Positions 23,901 to 38,900 of a DNA stretch of 64,000 bases are shown here, piece by piece. Position numbers and translations under genes: made by a program. Each line of letters opens with the position of its first letter. Positions within the stretch are counted from its first letter, which is position 1. Source of the stretch: Pecten maximus (taxonomy: Eukaryota); contig NC_047025.1 in NCBI RefSeq assembly GCF_902652985.1, positions 9,734,001 through 9,798,000 of the forward strand. The letters run 5' to 3'. The notes beneath the pieces were generated by a model. That model was given only the letters and a program-made list of their open reading frames with translations. It was not told the origin of the DNA and made no database searches.

Positions 23901-26900
23901 CTCAACAACATGTAACAATTAAATGTTTAATGATTTGTTTGAATGCTTGATAATGTGTACTTACGATAAACTACTGTCCGGGTTAGATGCGAAGATGCCG
24001 ATATATATACAGAAGATTGAGAGGATGACACAAGCGAGAGAAAGAGCAGCAAATTTACTGACGAAGGCCACGCCTATAAATACGATGATCGCCAGGAGAA
24101 TGAGCACACACGTCCCATACACCCGGTAGTTGTTGAATGCGTTTGCCTGTATGTCCATGTCACCAAATATAGACATCTGGGGCGCCATGTATTTCTGTAA
24201 GAGAAAAATTTGAAATAGTTGAGTACCATATTTAATCTCAAATAAGCCTCCTCTCCTAGTGTGAAAGTTTAGTATAAAATTTCGGAAAGGGTTTACTTGT
24301 ACATGAACCAATATAAGGTCACAATTTTAAAAGTGACCGATTCTGCAGAAATTAAGAGGGGCTTTTTTGAGGGTGAAGGATATATACGGTAAGCGACAAA
24401 CTTACATAAGTCCTGTCTTTCAGTGTATTTAAACAATGAGTAAGAAATAACTTGTTTTTGAAATGTTATGGCCCCTTCCTGTTTTGACAGAAATAGAGCT
24501 GAATACAAGGTCTAATACAATAAGAAATGGCACTGAGCACAAGTTAATGTGAACAGACTTTGGAATATCACGCTATGTGGGTTTGAGCGAGACGTTTTGG
24601 TGACTACACTGTCACCTTCATCAGACAAATGACCAGTAATAGACTTTGGTATATCATTTAGTGTAGATTTGAGCGAGATGTTTTGGTGACTACACTGTCA
24701 CCTTCATCAGACAAATGACCAGTAATAGACTTTGGTATATCATTTAGTGTAGATTTGAGCGAGATGTTTCATCAGCTTCATCAGACAAATAACCAGTACA
24801 GCAGAAATATGAACTTAGGTTGAAATGCATTCACATTTACCCACCTAAAGAACATGTTTTACAAGAAAATAAATTAAGCACATGAAGAACATGTTTTCAG
24901 TGTTCGAAAGTAAAGGTAGTCTGATTGTGTGAGGCTATAGAAAACCTGGACGCTCTATGTAAAATTTCTAAGTGTTGGCCTGATTGGCTATGAAAAGTTT
25001 GAGTCCTGACATACATTACAATTCATGTAAAACAACATTCCAATATTTTCTGATAAATGATCATATGAAATCAGAGCTAACAATCAAGGTGTTTTTACCA
25101 AGAACAGCATGTTATTGGCTTCAAACATTTGAGTGAGTATGAACTTGATGATGCAAGTGTTTGCGTGACACAGTTACTTATGCTACTTTCAACAATATGT
25201 TTACAAAATGGGCTTATGGAAAAATGACTTGGGCGAGCTATGGGATTTCAATTTTCTGTAGACAAATTGTCTAAAGAATTTTCATGTATACTTTCATACA
25301 CTGTGTTTTACAAGAAAATGAATTTAAGCTATCATTTTAGGGGATATTGGGTAAGGAGATTTTATTTCAGGGGTGAGCTAGTGTTAGGAATTGTTGTAAC
25401 TATCATATGATTATTGAGTAATGATTTCTGAATTGTGGAAGTATGGAGTCATGTTTGAAAATCAATTAATGGGGTACCAGCCCAGATTCAATGATAAAGG
25501 ATATGTGGTGTGAATATAATGTTATTCCATATTAGAGTTTGAACTGCTAAGGCATTTGTTGTTTTGGTAAAGGGTCAGCTTTGATTTAATGCCATCTGGA
25601 TTTTTATAAAAAAAAAAAAATGCATAGTGATGAAATAGTGATACATGACAAGCACGAATACATGTACTGCGTAAATTAGAATTGTAGACGACATCACGTT
25701 TCTCTTATGGAAACATTTATATTAAAATAATCTGTTTGTCTGAACAATTGCACTAATTGTTCCTGACATTTATATACCATTCCATGACTGAGTTTGTTAG
25801 CGTACGATGGGATTGATAGTTACCACCAATATCTCTATAGATCCAATGATATACATGGACGAAGCCACTGTGGTCCCTAGGTAGAAGAGAATCCCGACGG
25901 CTCCACCGAATTCTGGTCCCAGCGCTCGAGATATCATAAAGTATGACCCACCACCAGGAACGACACCGTTGGTTGCGATGGCACTCATCGATATAGCTGT
26001 TAACATTGTCTGAAAATGACACACTTGTTATTAGGAAAAGGCAGGCAAACAATACACAACTACAGATGTGTGGTTTCTGATATCGTACACCATAAATCAT
26101 ATATCACATTGCCGTCTGCAAAAATTTGTTCACGGTCATATAAAGGCTTGTCCTGTTTCAAATGTCAGGCATCTGCAGCCCCTGCAGAGTTGCAGTGTGA
26201 AAAATGTTACGATTTCATACATTTATAAAAATTTTAAACTTTCAACAGATGAAATATTTTAAAAAAAATCTCTCTGCCAATGACAGTTCCAGAAATGTGG
26301 ACTTGGTAAGAATCCAACGAAATTACCTAAATCAATATTATACGAAATACAAACATTTGAATAACACTTAGTACCGACCATTAGATTTTAAAATTAAACA
26401 TGTACCTCTACTTGTACTTTGCATCTATTCGGACAATTTTGATCGTGTCTATAGTATAGAGACTTGCTGGAACAATTTTGGATTATTTGAAAAATTTCAA
26501 GGACAAACAAAAGAGAAGCATAGGTCCTTTAAAGGAGATCTATTGGAACAATAGATTTTTTTCCAGATGATCAGAGATCAATTAAAGTCCTTGTGTAGAC
26601 GAATATCACAATATACATGTAACTGGATAAGAATCATCCATCTTGAACTGCCATTTAAAACAGGGTTTCTAAGATGTCAGCCGTTACTCTCACAAAGAAA
26701 TATCAACTGGTAAGTGTTTCAAACGTGCAGGCTTGTCAGGTTTGAATTTGCTGAAACCCTTATACTGATGAAACAGCTAACATTTTATACTGAAATTAGC
26801 TCCATCATCATAGGGAGTGAGGGTTACTTCAGTTGGAAAATCAATTTCAAGAACGAAGCCAAAATTTGAACATTAAATTATGTCTAGTACACACTAAAGT

Positions 26901-29900
26901 CAGAAATGTTATTATTGCATGTCTTATTGTAATGACATTTTATGATGCTGATGATGTAGTCAAATTTTCATTCTATAGTAGGTTGTAAGAAGATAATCAT
27001 TACCTAATTTAAATGCCACAATAGTGACGTATACATGTACACCACCTCAAATATTTTCTATGATAACTCTTTTACTATATTTACTCATATAGTGCTGCTT
27101 CTCTTAAAAGCTCCATCATAAAGCACTACAATATATTATAATACTATAATGTTCAAAACATTATATAAACTACTTATTTTAATAATATCCAAATATTAAT
27201 ACTGTATTTAACTTAATAAGCACACTGTGTGATTATACAAAAACACAAAAGGTAGCCATGTACAGGGAAATGTTTCCATGTGAAATCTGGGTGAAGAAAT
27301 TAACAACTTTTCATTCAAATATCTTTATGTAGCAAAAAAATCTAGTCTTTGGTTAAAAGATTAGGGATTATATTAGCAGATCAGCAAGGTAAGGAATTTT
27401 TATGTTTCAATTAGCACAACCATCCTCTTTTTCTAAAAAAGGTGGGGACTGTGTTATGCAGACAGGTGTACTAATTATGTTGAATATTGTATCTTTATTT
27501 GCCTGAAAATCAAGCACTGATTTAATTATTAGCAGACATGACCTTATTCCTGGACAAATATGGTTGTATATAAACTTACAGTACAACAGCATATGATGAC
27601 AATGCCAAGACTCTCCAGTGCCCCAGCCATACCAACAATCCACGTCATACGGATAAACAACAGCACGCCAAAGATGTTCTGTATGGTCGGCAGGTATACA
27701 CCAAGAAGGGTTCCAAGCTTTGCCTGAAATTAAGGTTAAAAGGTTAATTAGGGACCAAATTCTGACAAGAACATGTGCTAATTGTCCTTGGCATAAAGCA
27801 CAATGTTTCCAAGGAAATTCATACAATTTTAGAGTTTTTAAGCCATTTCAGGTCCATTATGAGTCTAAGACCATTGTGATAATGTCAGCCATGTCTACCC
27901 TCTTGTATACCTCTTTCAGAGCAAATATTTTTCAATAGGAGTATAATTTTATAATTTTTAATAAAATTTTAGATGTTTCCATATCAAAATGAATTCTGGA
28001 ATTTTCAACCTTGCATGCAATCATAAAGGTGCAGAAAAGCATTCGTAGGATAAAAATTATGTTAGTTAAAGTAATTTCTTTAAAAATCATTCAATTAATG
28101 TATTTCATGCAATCTAGAACACCAACTGTTAAATGAAAACAAAATCGAAAGATGAAAAAATAAATTGAATACTGAAAATATTGCTGTATTCCTAGTTGTA
28201 TTTTCCTTAAAACTTTGCAGTACATTCTTCAATAATATCACCTTTTAATGTTAAAAACACAAGAATCAGATTAGTCAGCTTACAACCAATCGAACAAAAC
28301 ACAAGTATGGAACGGTCTGCTTAGAACCAATCAAATTATACATGAGTATTGGATTGGTCAACTTAGAACCAATCAAATGATACATGAATATTGGATTGGT
28401 CAACTTAGAACCAATCAAATGATACATGAGTATTGGATTGGTCAACTTAGAACCAATCAAATGATACATGAGTATTGGATTGGTCAACTTAGAACCAATC
28501 AAATGATACATGAGTATTGGATTGGTCAACTTGGCACCAATCAAATGATACATGAGTATTGGATTGGTCAACTTAGAACTAATCAAACGATACATGAGTA
28601 TTGTATTGGACAGCTTAGAACCAATCAAATGATAGATACATAATTATCTGATTGGTCTGCTTAGAACCAATCAAATGATAAGATACATAATTATCGGATT
28701 GGTCTGCTTAGAACCAATCAAACAATACATGAGTATCTGATTGGTCAGCTTAGAACCAATCGAACAGCTGAATATGAGTCTTTGATAGCATCATGATTCA
28801 TTCCTGATGGGGATAAAAATCAATGAGTGTCTCTTGATATCAAAAAATGATTACCAGCAGCCAAGCAGTAGAAACATTAGCTGTGTAGAAAAATTCCTCA
28901 TTCTCTTTTATATAAAAAATTTCAGTCAATTCATCATGGAAATCTCCTGCGAATTTATATCTGTGACGGTCAAAAAATAATCAGGTTTGGAATGGAGACT
29001 AATAATGTGCAAAAATATACTCTGGGCACCTCACAAATAACAAATCCATTCCAATGATTTGTGGGTGACATTTTTCCTCAGCAGCATCGTTCACATCAAT
29101 TTGTAAGTTGTGATTGCAATATCTAATCTAATAAATGTGTGTCCTATATATATCCATCATAATACCATATACACTGCTGTAGTAGAATCCATATTTTCAC
29201 TCTAATCTGATTTACCAGAATTTTTTCTATACAAGTTCTATCATATGTCCCATCAAACAAATGTTTCTGTAAAACACTGTATATTTGTGGATTAACAAAC
29301 TTAAATATAACCAAAAGCCGAAATAAGTTTCAGTGATGGATTTGTCTGTTTTTGGATCTTCTGCCAACTGACTGGGTTATTTTGAGGAGGGGGGGTCTTT
29401 CCTCAAAATAAGTAGTATTATTTACTAAATACTAGTAAATTATTACTGTAGTAGCCGGTGGCTACCTCACTAAAGAATATACAGGAAGCCTGTCCTATGT
29501 GCTATCCAGAGCAATTGGGGTAAAATATCTTGCTCAAAACCAAATATCAAGAGCACATGGAAGTCCATGGTCAATGTAAGCTTCCTGAGAAACAACTAGA
29601 GCTGTCACTGAGGGGGTGACAAGTATACCCCCCGCTTTTCCATGATTGGTTTGGATACTTTGTCAAGCTGCCTATTTATGGTACTATAACCAATTCAAAC
29701 ATGTTCTATGTTTAGGTTAGAACTAAGTGAATACATAGCCAAACAAAATTTTGCTCGTCTTTAAAGAAAAAGGGGCATAACTCTATTAGAACTGGAAATT
29801 CGGCAAAATCTTTGCATAGAGCTAAGCCTCATAGGTTCCTCTAACTACATACTAAATTTTATTAAAATCCATTGAAAACAAAGCAAATGCATAGCCGGAC

Positions 29901-32900
29901 AAGCTAGTAACCATTTTTTACATAAAGGGGCATAACTCTGTAAAAAAGTTTTTTGGGAAGAAGCCATTACTGGAGACACAACTTCATGCCATCCCTCAAC
30001 TCTGTATAAAGTTTCAAGAAAATCCATCAAAAACTAAGTGAATGCATAGCCGGACAAAATTATGACACATTTTGTATGAAAAAGGGGCATAACTCTGTTA
30101 AAAAGGGCTAAAGTGGCATATTTTGTTTAAAAGGACTACTTGGGGGGAAATCACAACACCATATGGTCTTTTAACTATATACACCAATTTTGTGAAAAAT
30201 GAGAAAATGCATAACTGGACAAAATTATAACCATTTTTCAAATAAAGCGCTAGGGGCATAACTATGAAAAAAAACTTTTTTCGGAAAAAGGCATTTACTG
30301 GAGGCACAAGTGCATGCAGTCCTTCAACTGTGTAAAAAGTTTCAAGAAAATCCATTGAAAACAAAGCAAATGCATAGCCGGACAAGCTAGTAACCATTTT
30401 TTACATAAAGGGGCATAACTCTGTAAAAAGTTTTTTTTCGGGAGAAGCCGTTACTGGAGACACAACTTCATGCCATCTTTCAACTCTGTATAAAGTCTCA
30501 AGAAAAACCATCAAAAACTAAGTGAATGCATAGCCGGACAAAATTATGACACATTTTGTATGAAAAAGGGGCATAACTCTCTTAAAAAGGGCTAAATAGC
30601 AAAATCACTGCAGGGGACACAAGTTTATATGGTCTTCTAACTATAAACCAACTTTGAGTGAAATCCATAAAGAAATGAGCGAATGCATAGCCGGACAAAT
30701 TTTGTGACAGACAGACGGACGGACGGACAAGGTGATTCCAGTATACCCCCCCTAACTTCGTTGCAGGGGGTATAAAAACTGACCCAATTTAGTAGCAATT
30801 GAAGCACAAAGCTTGGACTTTCACCAGAGAAATCATTAGTCCGACACTCTACCTACTGAGCCTTTCAGCCATAGGAGCTTCTAGCAATAACTATAACACA
30901 CAAAAGAGAGATGAGAGCTAGGACATGATCTGTTCCTGACTTTGACTTTTCTTTATCATTATTAGGCTTCAAACTATTACATTATCAATCTGTAAGAATA
31001 CTAGAACTTTTAATTTTACCCAAAGATTTATTTTTTCAAAGTAAGAAGAAATAATAAGTGAAAAAAACCTAGAACAAATCAGTTTCAATCATCATTTATT
31101 TGTTCAAGTTAACCTAATAACTTCAAAGTTGTGTTCAAGGACAAAATTTTCAAATACACATATGAGAAATTTAAGAAAATAATGAGTGTTATAGTTTTTT
31201 TTTTCAAACTTAACTTTTCAGTCCTTCAATTTAAAAGTTTCATTCATGATAGTTTTTTCTAGCTTGTGGTTTTGCAATATTGCAACAGCTCAAGTGATAT
31301 GAAGACTGTTTACAGAGGTAATTGTATTGATCAATGACACATTTATAGTGTTATCACACCGCACTGTCCTACCCAACATAGCCGACATGGTAAAAAAAGA
31401 TAGTGGAAAATCCTGGGTGAGGCAATATTCAGTTTGACCATGGCTTACTGTGCTATATAATTTGCAATGGGGCTAAAATAACGCAGTTGGTTAGAATGTT
31501 GGCCATATAATGTCAGGTGAAGTCATTCAAGGTGCTTGGTTTGACACTCCCTACTCGCGGTGGTTTGTGTTACTAGAGAAACAGGCAGTCTGAGTTGTGG
31601 GGATTATGTCCTTGGGCAAGGCAAGACGAAGTGCTTCCTGTACGTTGTTCTTAGAGGTAATCATCAACTAGGCAACTTCTACAAAGAGACCCCACCTCAA
31701 AATGACCCTGGCTGTTCATAGGGAACAACCAACCAATTGAAAAAATATATTTTTGAAACAGCCCCTGTGTATAGAAAGTTGAGCCAGGGATAAAATGTCT
31801 GGCAGCCACTGATTGGCCAGTATGTTAGGAAGTGAGAAAATAGATATGTAGTCTGATAGGAAACTATCCATAAGAAATGTTGTTATAAATTTTGCAAGTC
31901 CGATTGTTTTTTTTCCCAAAAGTTCACGTCATAATAGTAAACAAGTAAACATTGAAGATTTTTGAGAATTTTTACTGCGAAATTCACCTATTTTCAAAAT
32001 GGCTACCCTGGAGAAAATTTGAGCTGAAGGACCCAACTTTTTTTTTTTGATTAAGTGTTATACCAGACCCTAAACTTTTGTTATAAACCATAATCGTCAC
32101 ATTCAATTCAAGAATTTGAATGAAATAATCCAAAACGTTAACACTAAAGTCTATGGGAAAACAATTGGTTGGTTGGTCTCTATAGGGTGATGAACCCAGC
32201 AAACAAACAAACTTGATTTATATTGATAAATTCCAATGTACAGCCCCCCCGGGTTGCCTTTTTCATCTGATATTTTGGCAGACATGACTAAGGATGATGG
32301 GATAGCTAAAACGATGATTGTTGCCTGATAGCAAGAATGGGAGGACGTCATGTCTCTTAAAGAAAACCTCAAACGTAACCCCTACTAAATTAAACCAGCT
32401 ATGTAATTAATGACACACACATCCACAATTAATGTATTCCAATCTCGCTAAGTATCTTTTAAAAAAATTATCTGACACATGAATTTTATTTTTATTTCCT
32501 CTCCTGCCTCAACAAAATCCTGCAATTAAGAATTACATTTAAAAACATTTGTTGGTAAGTCATGAAATTGCATGCAAACTACAAAACCATGGAATAAAAT
32601 ACATTAGCAAAAAATCACAAATCTCGCATTTCGTACTCTACGGCAGCATTGCTGGCTGTTTCATCTTTAAAAGGTATAACAAGGAAGGGAAGACATTCAT
32701 GAAAATTCTGTAAATATTTGAAGAATGCAAACTCTGAATCAGATTTTTTTTATTATTACTTTTTATAAAAAAAATGTAAGAATTTTTACTTCCAGATCTT
32801 AAACAGTACTTAAAGATATTAAAAAAAAAAACATTAAAAAATTTCTAAAACTACATTTAAGATAGAGGGTTCAATAAGTACAGGAGAATTTATCATTTTG

Positions 32901-35900
32901 TTTTCTTTTTCACTTAGAGTATATAATCTCTCTTTATTTTAAATGCATTAAAAACATGTTGTTTTTGCTTCAAGAGATACTTTAAGCTTCCCTCTACAAA
33001 TATCAATCTTTCATTTTGATGCTGTGCATATTATAATTGTTTTGGTAGCAACATCACGAACTGTAGGATTAAAAGTAGAACTATATCAACCTAAACCCTG
33101 AAAGTTTTCAGTTCACTTTTTTTGTTTATAGGAAAAATGTTATCTTACACAAAATAATTTTTTGAAATATTTCTTTGCAAAGTGTGATTCACATGGAGTA
33201 ATTTCGATGATCAATATTTGTATTTGTTTTTGAAAGGTTGCTGTAAAATGCATATATGTTAGTACTCAACAAAATATCCATTATAAAAATTATATCAATA
33301 TTCAAAAAATCAGAAATAAAATAAAATATCAAATTTTGATAATTTCTAAACAGTACAACTCTTAAAGGAATGAGGTCAATTCAAGGTTTATATATACATG
33401 AATTCAAAATTGACAAAATGATGGTGAAAATGGATTGAAATAAAATCAAACAATGGAAGACAATTGCATTACATATTATACAATAAATGTTTTACAGCGA
33501 TTGAAAAGTCTAAAAGCCTCAAGCAACTTTCCGTACCTTGTCTGGAATATTCTACAAATAAATCAAGTATACATGTATACACACAATGTCATGTTGTCCT
33601 GTGTCTACATGTATTACCTTGGTTGGAGGGAGACACAAGATTTGATCAACCAGTATTCAATTAAGGTTATGTTGCTGCATGGTGAACACATTGAGTATCA
33701 CCCTGGACAGATCTCCAGGGGCCTAGATAAAATTAATACCATATTTATTTGTAAATAAGCTCTTGTCAACTGTAGTTCAGAAAATAAGCAAAGTCCAGAC
33801 TATTGTAAGTCAAAGAAAAAAAAAGATACCTACCAAATTTACCCAAATTATCTCCCTTTTCCGGTTCAGTTTCATTGTCTTTTGATCAAATTTAATCCAT
33901 ATTATTTCTTAATGCTATTTCTAAGACTACTCACCTAAAAAAATGAACAAGAGAATATTGCAAATTGTGGCAGCCCCCATTCCCCTTTCCACAGCAATGT
34001 CATCTTACATAAAATTTATCATAATTCAAAACGTGAAAAGTTTACGGGAAAAAATTATTTCATTTTCCAAACTTGTATCATGCACAGTAATGAGGTTTGA
34101 TTCCAAAGGAACTTTCATGCAAAATATCACTATCATATCACTATCAATGAGTAAATGGTGAAATCTCAAAAAACTGGATGCTTCAGAACACTTCGTGACA
34201 ACATCTAGTTGACACATAGAAAGCAGTGAAACAATTTTTTCCTGATCTCACGCACATTCTGTAGTTAAAACATAAATCTCGCTATAAATCTGCAAATGTA
34301 ACATGGATAAAGTTCAACAAAATACAGTTGATTTATCACAAGTACAATACCGATGAACGTCAGAATCTAGCAGAGGAAGCGATTTTATATGGCTACAGGG
34401 GACCCATCAATTAGAATTACTACACTTTTATACTGTCAGAGGAATTCAGTCTGGACAGCCGTAGTAGAAAATCATGGTATGTCATGAAGAAGGAAACTTA
34501 GCTAGCAGAGGTCTTTGTCACACCTGCTGGCAATATATAAATTCTCACAAAACTTAAAGTGAATTCATAATATTGTATTTCACTTAAGATTTAAAGATGC
34601 ATTCAAAATGGAACAAACAAATTTAATTTAGCATTTAATGAACACATAAAAAAGATTGTATCCTGATCGAATTACACAGGAAATAATTAAAGATAATTTT
34701 TTTTTTAAGGACAGCAGAAAAAAAATCTATTATGGATTAAATTTCTTCTGTAGTCTGTTTAATGGTGTTTACATCAGTTTAGTTTGAAGAACGCTTTTAA
34801 TTCAGTGACTCATTCTTAAACAAAGCTGCCCTGCAGGTAGGGCGTACGAATTGAACCTACTGCCCCCATTGCATGATCGTAAGAGGCGACTAAATTTGGG
34901 ATCTTATCTTTTCTCTTCTTTCTTAACAACTTTCTTCTTCCTAATGTCTCCCTTGACAATGCCTCACTTTTGGCTTTTAGTTGAGCGTTCCCCACTGTGA
35001 GGAAGGCTTTGGGTTCTGTCCCCTGGCCGAGACATACCAGAGTCTTTAAAAATGGTAGTTACTACTCCTACTTAGCGCTCAGCATATTTGGAGTGGGACG
35101 ACTGGTTCGTCCGTTGTCAGTATAATGTGACCGGGTGGGGTGTGCTGCTGGGTGTCTTCGGCAGTATGCTTCAGTGAGGTAGCACTATAAATCGGCAAAA
35201 GTTCCGGCCTATCACAAGGAGACTTAACACGAACATACCGCAGCCTCCCAAAACACACATACGCACTCACCACACGCATGCATGTCGCACGCACGGGAGG
35301 GCCGTCCTTAAATTACCTTAGCTGTTAATAGGACGTTAAACAAAATAAACCAAACCAAACCAAACCAATCTTAAACAAAGGGAGATAACTGTCACACCAG
35401 GAATTCAAGAGAAGTATTTCTTTCAAGTTAGGGATGATTTCAGGGTAGTTTTACACAGTACTGTATTTCTTTCTCAAATAAGCGCTTGTCCACAAATAAG
35501 CTCCCTTCTTCATTTTTCCAGAATCACCAATTTTAAATTAGTAAGCTATAAGTGGTTTACAAATAAACCTTCCCTAATCTTAATATTAACCTTTTTCATG
35601 AGGGGAGGGGGTAATTTTCAAGGATAAATATGGTATTTAACTTTTTCACAAGGGGAGGGGGCTTATATGCAGATAAATATGATAAAAAAAATTACTCAGG
35701 GAAGGGGCTTTTTTGAAGATAAACATGGTACTGAATTGTTCATAGGGGGCTTGTTTGAGGATGAATATGGTACTAAATTTTTCACTATGGGAGTGGGTTT
35801 CTATGAGGATAAATATGGTACTAAACTTTTTCACTAGGGGAAGGGGATTTTTTCAGGATGAATATGGTAAGTTGCGTAGTTTTGAGAATCAATAAGGAAA

Positions 35901-38900
35901 ATAGGAGTACTTTGAGACTTTCATCTTTAAGAAATGAAACAAAAGAATTCTACTATAAAGATTTCTAAAATAAATTGAATCATCAGGCTTCCATTTCACT
36001 GAATCCAGAAACTGTAATTGACGAACCGATTCCTTTAGCATTGGAAAATCCATCTCAATTGAATTTGACTTGAACAATTTCGAGATTTGTTTTCATTTCT
36101 TGTCTTAAATCAGGTCTGTATTTAAATTTTCCCAAGCCACCAGCAAAAAACTAACCAACGAGAATGTCTTTTTAGATCCTCCCTTTCTTTTGTTAACTAT
36201 AAACAGAGTATGAACCGCAGGGGAAATCTGTTGTTCTACAAAGTCCAGATTGACAATAAATGAAGGTGCAGGCACCAGTAATATTCATTGAATTTTTCAA
36301 ATTGAAATCCAAATACAGTCTAATACAAACATTTAAAAAAAAAACCTTGCAATCATAGAAAGTTAACAAACACATGATTCAAATGTGTGTGATTAAATCT
36401 AAATATCTTTGTGTTTGGTTTTTTTCTTAATTGGAGATTCTGTCACACCCTTTTCCCGAAAATCCAAACCCATAGACCAAATTCCCAAAGCAGTGAAGAG
36501 AAAAAAATTCTGATTAAGTTAAAACAATGCAATTGTTTGCAAATTGCTTCCAGTCATAGTTGAAGATATCCTGAATTTCGATCCATTTTGGAAAATTAAT
36601 TGTGCATGCTTGAAATTTAAGACATCAAAAAGTAAAGTTAGATGAGAGATCTGCCTTTGGCTTTGACAAACTAGTTCCCTAGCTGAAACAACAAATTTTA
36701 AGCTTTTCTTTCTATTTTAACAGGAATAAAGAATCTGAGAATTGATTTCTAAATATAGAGTTAAAAAACATCAGAATTCTTACTAAATAGATCGGGATGG
36801 CTAGTAAACTAGTTAGAGTCAGTCAAGAACAAAAGATACTTCCACACAAATATAGGAAGATATGAAAAAACAGGGGAATTATAGCTGACTTCAGAAAAAT
36901 CTTGTAATGTAATTCAGACTTCAGGTTTAATTATGTGTTGTATTTTTCCTGTTTCGATATTAAACAAAAGTAAAAGGTCTGGGTTTTTTCTGAAAAAGTT
37001 TGTGGCCTTAATATATATATGGGCCTTATTTCCGATGACAAAAAACTTTATTTGTTTTCCAATCCAAATATTAAAACTTCCAAAAGAGTGGTACGCATAA
37101 GTTTAACAAATTGTTAAAACATCTCAATGTTGCCATACAATGTATGATTTGTTGGGTGTCTTGGATTCAGCACAGTATAACTATACTGGAGAGCAGCAAA
37201 CCTTCTATGAACAAATTCATATATATCTTCGTGCTGGCCATTTTTCTTTACTTAAGATTTTTTCAAATTGTTTTCCAAATGCCACAACCTTGGACCCTAT
37301 TTCCAAAGTAGTGAAAAAAGCCTGTATTAACCTAGAAACAGCATTATATCTGAAGCCTTCCATCAGAGATACAAATTCTTTTACAATGTATCTTGCATCC
37401 ACAAAGCAATATCTGTTAAACACAAGTCTCACCAATCAAACCAAGAACATTCCAAAATACACATATCTGTTAAAACAATACTCGCAGCTATAACCTGTGA
37501 CCAAAGGAGGTTCGAGCGAGAAAATTTCACACCAACACAACCTTAGCTGTATAATTATACTGGCTCACCTGCTTCGGTTTGTCGTTGTATTGCTCACTGA
37601 TGTTCGGTTCAATGCCGGCTTGGTAATTGGAAATTCTATTGATGATCTGTGAAATCTTTCCTCGTTCTGACAGATCATCCTTTAATCATGCGAAAGGAAA
37701 AATAAAACAACTTTAAATGAAAAAATTACAACAATTCATGTTCATACTACAGCTTAGCAAGGCTTTAGTTTTCATTCAATAGAGTGATTTGTGGCCAGAT
37801 ATGTAAAGGCTAAACTCTGAGTCAAAGGTCAAATAAATGCAAATAAGTTATACAAACACAACAGTTCAAGGAAATGAAATGTTCTTCTTGTCTGTTCTGA
37901 GGCCTACTGGGAATTTTTTTTTTTTAATTTCATTTGCATTACATTCATTTAAAAGTTGATTTTAGTAGTAAATGGTGTGGATTCAAAAGAAATATATCTC
38001 TTTTTTCTAACATAAAATAATAATCAAATAGCATAAACCTGGGATTCTTTCAAGACCTTGAAAGCGAGTGAAGGTCATTTATTTGAACAAACAAATACAG
38101 CCGTTCTTCTCAGCATATTACTGATTACAACCTCATATCATAACGTCTTATTTTCTCTTTGCCAGTGGCTATTTAAAAGAAGCTGTTCAAAGATTATGAC
38201 CTCTCTGACTTTGAAAAAAGGGTCAAGGTCATACATATGAATAAACTTGATAGGTTTTATTCACAGTATGCTACTGGTTGAATAAACCATGAATCTTGGC
38301 AATTGAGAAGAAGTCGTTTGAAGGAAAAGTGCATGTGGGACAAATCAACAACATCACACCACAGCCTATATAAGCTTGCTTGTCCTGTGGGCAGCTAGCT
38401 AATGAATGAACTTAACAAGAACATTAGAAATCCTGAGGGATTTGGTGAAAGATGGCTGTAATTTGGTTTCCCCAAGAGAAACGTCTAAAGTGTCTGTGTA
38501 TATAGAAATATTTAAGACAACAACACACCAGGATTTGATACTGTGTTTAAATCACAGTATAACTGAACACAGTTCTGGACTTCATCATAGGTCAGTGACA
38601 TATATGTATGTACACTCGACTGGCAATTAAGCCCCAGGGCCTGCTCAGCAATAAGCCCCCTCCCCTTTCTACGAAGTCTTTTGGAACCCAGCCTACATTT
38701 GACAATAAGCTCCCACGTCTTTCTATGAAGTCTTTTGGAACCCGACCTTCGATCATTCCACAATAAGCGCCCTCCCTTTAAAATCCTTTTCATTAAATTG
38801 CTACTAGGGGTGGGGTGGGGTGGCTTAGTGCTAGTTGAGTAATTATGTATTTTATGGTCACAAAACAAGATTTGATAATCAACAGAGATTACTTTAGTTT

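Noticed and set aside
28275-28643. Repeat-protein-like ORFs ([14 protein letters not shown] / [14 protein letters not shown])
   Set aside because: Frame artefacts of a 42-bp minisatellite; no splice or homology support.
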